A DNA stretch of 54,111 nucleotides from Bdellovibrionota bacterium (GTDB lineage Bacteria; Bdellovibrionota_C; UBA2361; JBGSMV01). Positions 49,985 to 54,111 of this stretch are shown one piece after another. Under the pieces are notes generated by a model. It saw only the letters and a program-made list of their open reading frames with translations, searched no databases and was not told where the DNA came from. Both the position numbers and the translations under genes were made by a program. How positions within the stretch are numbered: the stretch's first letter is position 1; each line of letters starts with the position of its first letter. Location of the stretch: contig JBIKWF010000015.1 in assembly GCA_044356455.1 (NCBI GenBank), forward strand, positions 1 to 54,111, in the 5' to 3' direction.

Positions 49985-50013
49985 ATTTTAGCGAGTGTAA
50001 TACGTCTCGTCAA
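49985..50013 (-). promoter_or_regulatory. Sigma70-type promoter of the TA operon (probably leaderless)
   Basis: TTGACG (50013-50008), 17 nt, TAAAAT (49990-49985), 7 nt, then ATG; overlapped by ATTACA/TGTAAT inverted repeats. Confidence 0.65.
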
Positions 50014-50241
50014 ATGTAATATGCCGCGCGCATAGACAGGCAACCAGGTGTTTATGCAGGAAACGCCAAAGACCTCCCACAAGAACCGTAACTATTTGAA
50101 TGTAAATGAATAAAAGAGATGACCCAAGCATTCTCACGCCACTCTCGAGCATGGAGCCCCTAAACGAAAAAGCCCCGAACAAATATCCATCGCTGGATTC
50201 TGTTCGGGGCCTTCTCGTAACTTTGGAACGTATACTAGAGC

Positions 50242-50535
50242 TTAGCTCTTGGCATGGGTCGTTTCACTTCCCTTTACCTTTGAGAACTCAGCATCAGCCT
50301 TCTTTGTATTTGCAGTGGTGTCCTTAGCCCAGTTGGTCTTGGCTTCGTCTGAGCTAAAGCAATAGGTCTTGTGGGAGGTTGAGTCCGTCCAGTTGATCTT
50401 GCAATCCGTGGCGACCTGTTTGCCCATGGTGAGGCCCCAAGCGCAATGATTGCCGTACTCGCCCGTGGTTGGGGAAGCGAAAGCTGAACCAGCAACAAGC
50501 AACGAGGCAATCGCAGCGGCGACAATCTTCTTCAT
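50242..50535 (-). CDS. Small secreted YHS-like protein
   Basis: Signal peptide MKKIVAAAIASLLVAGSAFA; C..G...G....C and KTYCFSS.EAK..W pattern. Confidence 0.65.
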   Translation of the reverse strand: MKKIVAAAIASLLVAGSAFASPTTGEYGNHCAWGLTMGKQVATDCKINWTDSTSHKTYCFSSDEAKTNWAKDTTANTKKADAEFSKVKGSETTHAKS

Positions 50536-50760
50536 AAGTATCTCCAAGAGAATGTATCTTTTAAAATTGCGGCTCTTCGCTGCCTTCCCAAAGGGATGGC
50601 ATTCCCAAACCGCGCGCTATTGACGCGTATACTCTTGGAATATTCAGAGACCAAGCAAATAATTAGCTAGAACAGCGTTTTTAATAATTGCCTGTTCCTA
50701 TAATCAGGGTAAGTCTAGGGCCAATGGTGACCAGAAAGTTGGGTGAAGGAGCTGAAAGCA

Positions 50761-51543
50761 ATGGCAAAGGTTAATCTAGAAGTCGGTAAGGATGGCGTAG
50801 GGATTATTACTCTTAATGACCCAGATAGCCTCAACGCAATGAGTGAGGCCATGGCGTCTGACTTTCGAGCCGTGGTTGAAACTCTTCGTCCCAAAGCCAA
50901 AGATCTCTGTGCTCTGATCCTAACTGGAGCGGGACGGGCGTTCTCTGCAGGTGGTGATCTAAAGATGCTGGATGGGAAGAGGGCACTATCGGGAGAGGCG
51001 AATCGGCTTCTCATGCTTGGGTTCTATGATTCGTTTTTGTCGCTCAGAGACCTTGGGGTTCCTCTCATCGCTGCAATAAATGGCGCTGCGGTAGGGGCTG
51101 GGCTCTGTGTGGCAAGTGCCTGTGACATTCGCCTCGCGGCAACAGGAGCAAAACTTGGGTTTACCTTTGTGCGCCTTGGGCTGCACCCCGGCATGGGGGC
51201 GACATATTTTCTTCCCAAAGTTATTGGGCACGCGCACGCAGCAGAGTTGCTTCTTACGGGGAGAGTTGTTGAGGCTGACTATGCGCTGCGGATTGGTCTT
51301 GTCTCGAGGGTAGTGGCGCCTGACCAAGTCCTGCCTGAGGCGCGAGCCATCGCAGCGGAGCTTAGGGAAGGAGGGCCGGAAGCTATTCGGCAGCTTTTAG
51401 AGAGTATTCGAAATCCGCAGGCAACTCTGGATCAAGCATTACAGCGCGAGGCGCTTTGCCAGGCCGTAAATTATGGCGGCGAGGAGTTCGCGGAGGGCGT
51501 CAAAGCAGTCATGGAGAAGCGAAAGGCCAATTTCAGGGCGTAA
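50761..51543 (+). CDS. Enoyl-CoA hydratase/isomerase family protein
   Basis: ITLNDP..LNAM, AFSAGGDL, AAINGAAVGAG, ACDIR and FVRLGLHPGMG. Confidence 0.92.
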   Translation: MAKVNLEVGKDGVGIITLNDPDSLNAMSEAMASDFRAVVETLRPKAKDLCALILTGAGRAFSAGGDLKMLDGKRALSGEANRLLMLGFYDSFLSLRDLGVPLIAAINGAAVGAGLCVASACDIRLAATGAKLGFTFVRLGLHPGMGATYFLPKVIGHAHAAELLLTGRVVEADYALRIGLVSRVVAPDQVLPEARAIAAELREGGPEAIRQLLESIRNPQATLDQALQREALCQAVNYGGEEFAEGVKAVMEKRKANFRA

Positions 51544-51548
51544 GCTAA

Positions 51549-51679
51549 GGAACCTCTCAAAAGCCGCCATACTTAATACACATCTGTGTACCTCCGTGCT
51601 CTCAGTGTTGAATTTTCTCATAAAAAATTTCACCACAGAGGGCGCAGAGGTACACAGAGGTGAAATTTTCAGAGGTTCC
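51549..51679. mobile_element. MITE family A
   Basis: GGAACCTCTCAAAA...TTTTCAGAGGTTCC flanked by CTAA/TTAA; internal sequence closely matches 4945-5073. Confidence 0.8.
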
Positions 51680-51762
51680 TTAAGACAGGGTGTCACCCAT
51701 GTTTTTGGAGACGAAAGCAGGGTGGAAAGGAATCAAACCGGGTGCTGGGTTGGGAGATCTTG

Positions 51763-51790
51763 CGGCTCCCTGGGGACAGGGAGCCCTACC
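51763..51790 (-). repeat. Single GTAG-type REP
   Basis: CGGCTCCCTGGGGACAGGGAGCCCTACC, matching the REP family at 36 kb. Confidence 0.6.
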
Positions 51791-51797
51791 GAGGAAC

Positions 51798-52784
51798 CTA
51801 CCGCAAGCGTTTCGCAAGCACCGCAGCCCCTAGCAAGGCGGCTTGATCGTCTTTAATTACATACAGAGGTGTATTCTCGACTACTTCGCTCCAGCGCTGT
51901 TTCTCGAGATATGATTTTACAATCGCACCTTCCTGAAGCTTCTCAAGAATTTTTGGTGCAATTCCTCCTCCTAAATACACTCCCCCCGTTGCAAGGAAGG
52001 TGAGGACAAGGTTTCCAGCGTGGGCGCCCAAGATTGCGATGAACATGTCGAGAGCTTTCTCACACAAGGCATCGCCTTTCTCTGTCGCGAGATTTGAGAT
52101 TACCGCCGCGGGAAGTTCTGTTTTCATGCGCTCTGCGACTGCGGCTGATTCCTTGGCAAACCCGGAGTCTTTGAGAAATCGATAGATATTAAGAAGCCCG
52201 GGACCACAAAGTATTCTCTCGTAGCTCACCGAGATGGGAAATTCGCGCTTGAGATACTTGAGCAGGTCAATTTCTAAGTCATTGTTAGGAGCAAAATTTG
52301 CATGTCCGCCCTCTGAGGCGAGGGGGTGAGGTACGCCGTTAATAATGTGCAAAAAAGCCATGCCAAGACCTGTTCCTGGGGCGAGCACGCAAGAAAGAGA
52401 GGTCTCTCTTTCCTTTTTCCCTTCATGCAGGACCGCAAGGTCTGAGCGGCTAAAGAAGGGAATGGCTGCCGTAAAAGCCACCAAGTCATTCACCAGACGC
52501 ACCCGTGGAATACCGAGATCTCTCTTTAGTTCGCTTTCTGAGAGGGTCCAAGGCAGATTGGTTATCTGGACATTCCCCTTCTGTACTGGTCCAGGAACAC
52601 CAAAGCAGGCCGTTTCGACGTCTGAGGCGTTAGATTCCGACATGAACTTCTTGGCCAGCTCTTGAAAAGAGCCCGCAGAGGCGCTGTCGTAGCGTTTAAC
52701 TTCCTTGCGGACGAGCTGGCCACCTGCCGTTTCATAGAGTGCAAACCGCGTCTTAGTCCCGCCTACGTCTCCCACAAGTATCAT
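51798..52784 (-). CDS. glk: Glucokinase
   Basis: GDVGGTKTR, GVPGPV, TNLPW, LVND, PGTGLG, SEGGH and GGVYLGGGIAP. Confidence 0.93.
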   Translation of the reverse strand: MILVGDVGGTKTRFALYETAGGQLVRKEVKRYDSASAGSFQELAKKFMSESNASDVETACFGVPGPVQKGNVQITNLPWTLSESELKRDLGIPRVRLVNDLVAFTAAIPFFSRSDLAVLHEGKKERETSLSCVLAPGTGLGMAFLHIINGVPHPLASEGGHANFAPNNDLEIDLLKYLKREFPISVSYERILCGPGLLNIYRFLKDSGFAKESAAVAERMKTELPAAVISNLATEKGDALCEKALDMFIAILGAHAGNLVLTFLATGGVYLGGGIAPKILEKLQEGAIVKSYLEKQRWSEVVENTPLYVIKDDQAALLGAAVLAKRLR

Positions 52785-52855
52785 GCTGCAATTCCTTAAA
52801 AATGAGGTCTCATGGCTCTCTAACACAAACCAGGGCAAGAGCTCACGTCAAATAA

Positions 52856-52884
52856 TGGACTTTGATAAAATCGGTCGTTATACT
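52856..52884 (+). promoter_or_regulatory. Possible sigma70 promoter for the GT4 gene
   Basis: TGGACT, 17 nt, TATACT. Confidence 0.35.
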
Positions 52885-53031
52885 CCCGCTGCTTTATCAA
52901 TTTGAAGTCATTAGTGTTTTCATCTCTTCTTCCGATCCCTTCGCAGCCCACCTAAAGGGCTGGCATTGTGGGTTCTGGCCTTTGGGAAGTAGTTTTTCTG
53001 AGTGAAGGAGAGCTGAGCGAGGTGGTGTGCC

Positions 53032-54111
53032 ATGCGTGTGTTCATGTTGGGATGGGAATTCCCCCCGCATATAAGCGGCGGTCTTGGCACTGCGTGCGAA
53101 GGCCTTACCTCCGGGCTCGCGCGCCATGGCGTTGATGTTACCTTTGTCGTTCCCGAGTTATTTGGCGGAGAGAAGGCAAGTCACGTAGAGCTGATTGACT
53201 CCCATGGTCGTAAGACCGACGAGCGAGGGCAACTCCTCATTTCAGAAGATACGGAGAGCGAGGACCTTCTTACTAGTTTTCCGGCGCGCGGCGGGAAGAT
53301 CTCGGTGAAACGCGTGCCTGCCATGCTGCAGCCCTATTTTACTACTCAGAGTTTTCGAGATTACGTGACAGAGCTCCAGGAGCTTGCTCGTCAGTCGAGC
53401 GCGCGCGGCGCGCAGGTCCGGGCAGATTTAAAGGCGATTGGCCTTGAGGCTTCGGGCGGCTTTGAAGAGGCAGACGAAAAGCCGCAAAGCCTGCAGCCTG
53501 CGGCAAATCGAAAACCCGGTGCGCATTATACCTGGGACATGTTTGGTGAGGTGAGTCGCTATACCGCGCGTCTCACAAGCCTCTTTGCCGCGGATCCATT
53601 TGACGTGATCCATGCGCACGATTGGATGACGTTTCCTGCAGGCGTGGCGCTTAAGCAAGTCTCGGGAAAGCCGCTGGTGGTGCACACCCACAGCCTCGAA
53701 TTCGATCGTAGTGGCTCGCACGTTAATCAGCAGATTTTTGAAATCGAGCGACTAGGGCTTGAGGCTGCCGACGTTGTTGTTGCGGTTAGTTATTACACGC
53801 GCCGCATTATTCACGAGCAATACAAGATTCCACTTGAAAAGGTCACGGTAGTTCATAATGGCGTGTACTCTGAACCGCTGCGTGCTCGTTACCGTGCCAT
53901 TAAGAAATGGCCTTCCCGCGTGGTGCTTTTCCTTGGCCGCATTACGTTTCAAAAGGGGCCAGATTACTTCGTTGAGGCTGCTGCCAAAGTAATTCCACAT
54001 GTACCAGATGTTATCTTTGTGATGGCGGGTACCGGTGATATGCGCCAGCGCATGATTGATCGAGTGAATGAACTGGGCCTAAGTCAGCATTTCTTTTTCC
54101 CTGGTTTTCTT
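53032..54111 (+). CDS. GT4 glycosyltransferase (glycogen-synthase-like), truncated by window end; absent from the ORF track
   Basis: Translated by hand: MRVFMLGWEFPPHISGGLGTACEGL..., DVIHAHDWMT, HTHSLEFDR and FLGRITFQKGPDYF. Confidence 0.9.
   Translation, partial: MRVFMLGWEFPPHISGGLGTACEGLTSGLARHGVDVTFVVPELFGGEKASHVELIDSHGRKTDERGQLLISEDTESEDLLTSFPARGGKISVKRVPAMLQPYFTTQSFRDYVTELQELARQSSARGAQVRADLKAIGLEASGGFEEADEKPQSLQPAANRKPGAHYTWDMFGEVSRYTARLTSLFAADPFDVIHAHDWMTFPAGVALKQVSGKPLVVHTHSLEFDRSGSHVNQQIFEIERLGLEAADVVVAVSYYTRRIIHEQYKIPLEKVTVVHNGVYSEPLRARYRAIKKWPSRVVLFLGRITFQKGPDYFVEAAAKVIPHVPDVIFVMAGTGDMRQRMIDRVNELGLSQHFFFPGFL

Noticed and set aside
1..54111. tRNA, rRNA or riboswitch genes
   Set aside because: No cloverleaf/T-loop or other recognisable RNA motif was seen by eye; an Rfam/tRNAscan run is needed to exclude them.

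Overview
Bacterial DNA of moderate GC, probably from a flagellated Gram-negative organism (taxon not determinable by eye). (1) 0.3-31.8 kb is a large surface-glycan biosynthesis and tailoring island. It encodes an SIS sugar isomerase, an RmlD-like SDR, a DegT aminotransferase, a WbuC cupin, several methyltransferases, three PhyH-type 2OG-Fe(II) dioxygenases, a radical SAM/SPASM enzyme and three paralogues of an uncharacterised 'VWG...LP...N.P' GT-like family (two with TPR-like tails). It also holds a partly decayed Campylobacter Cj1415/1416/1418/1419-like phosphoramidate module, and a 2-oxoacid dehydrogenase E1alpha/E1beta pair whose 'E2' is a lipoyl + PSBD + PglD/NeuD-type sugar acyltransferase fusion. 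(2) 31.8-38 kb holds a CBS protein, an XRE-HTH/solute-binding fusion, a subtilase, an SMR protein and a REP array. (3) 38-42.4 kb is a plasmid-type replicon module: RepA, 15-bp tandem repeats, parA, parB and two 17-bp palindromes. (4) 42.7-54.1 kb carries mostly housekeeping genes (folC, ispA, MGMT, an isolated fliG, a nucleotidyltransferase, vapBC, an enoyl-CoA hydratase, glk and a truncated GT4). Two MITE families with IS5-like YTAR target duplications and GTAG-type REP palindromes are scattered throughout. All calls come from motif recognition by eye; no searches were run.
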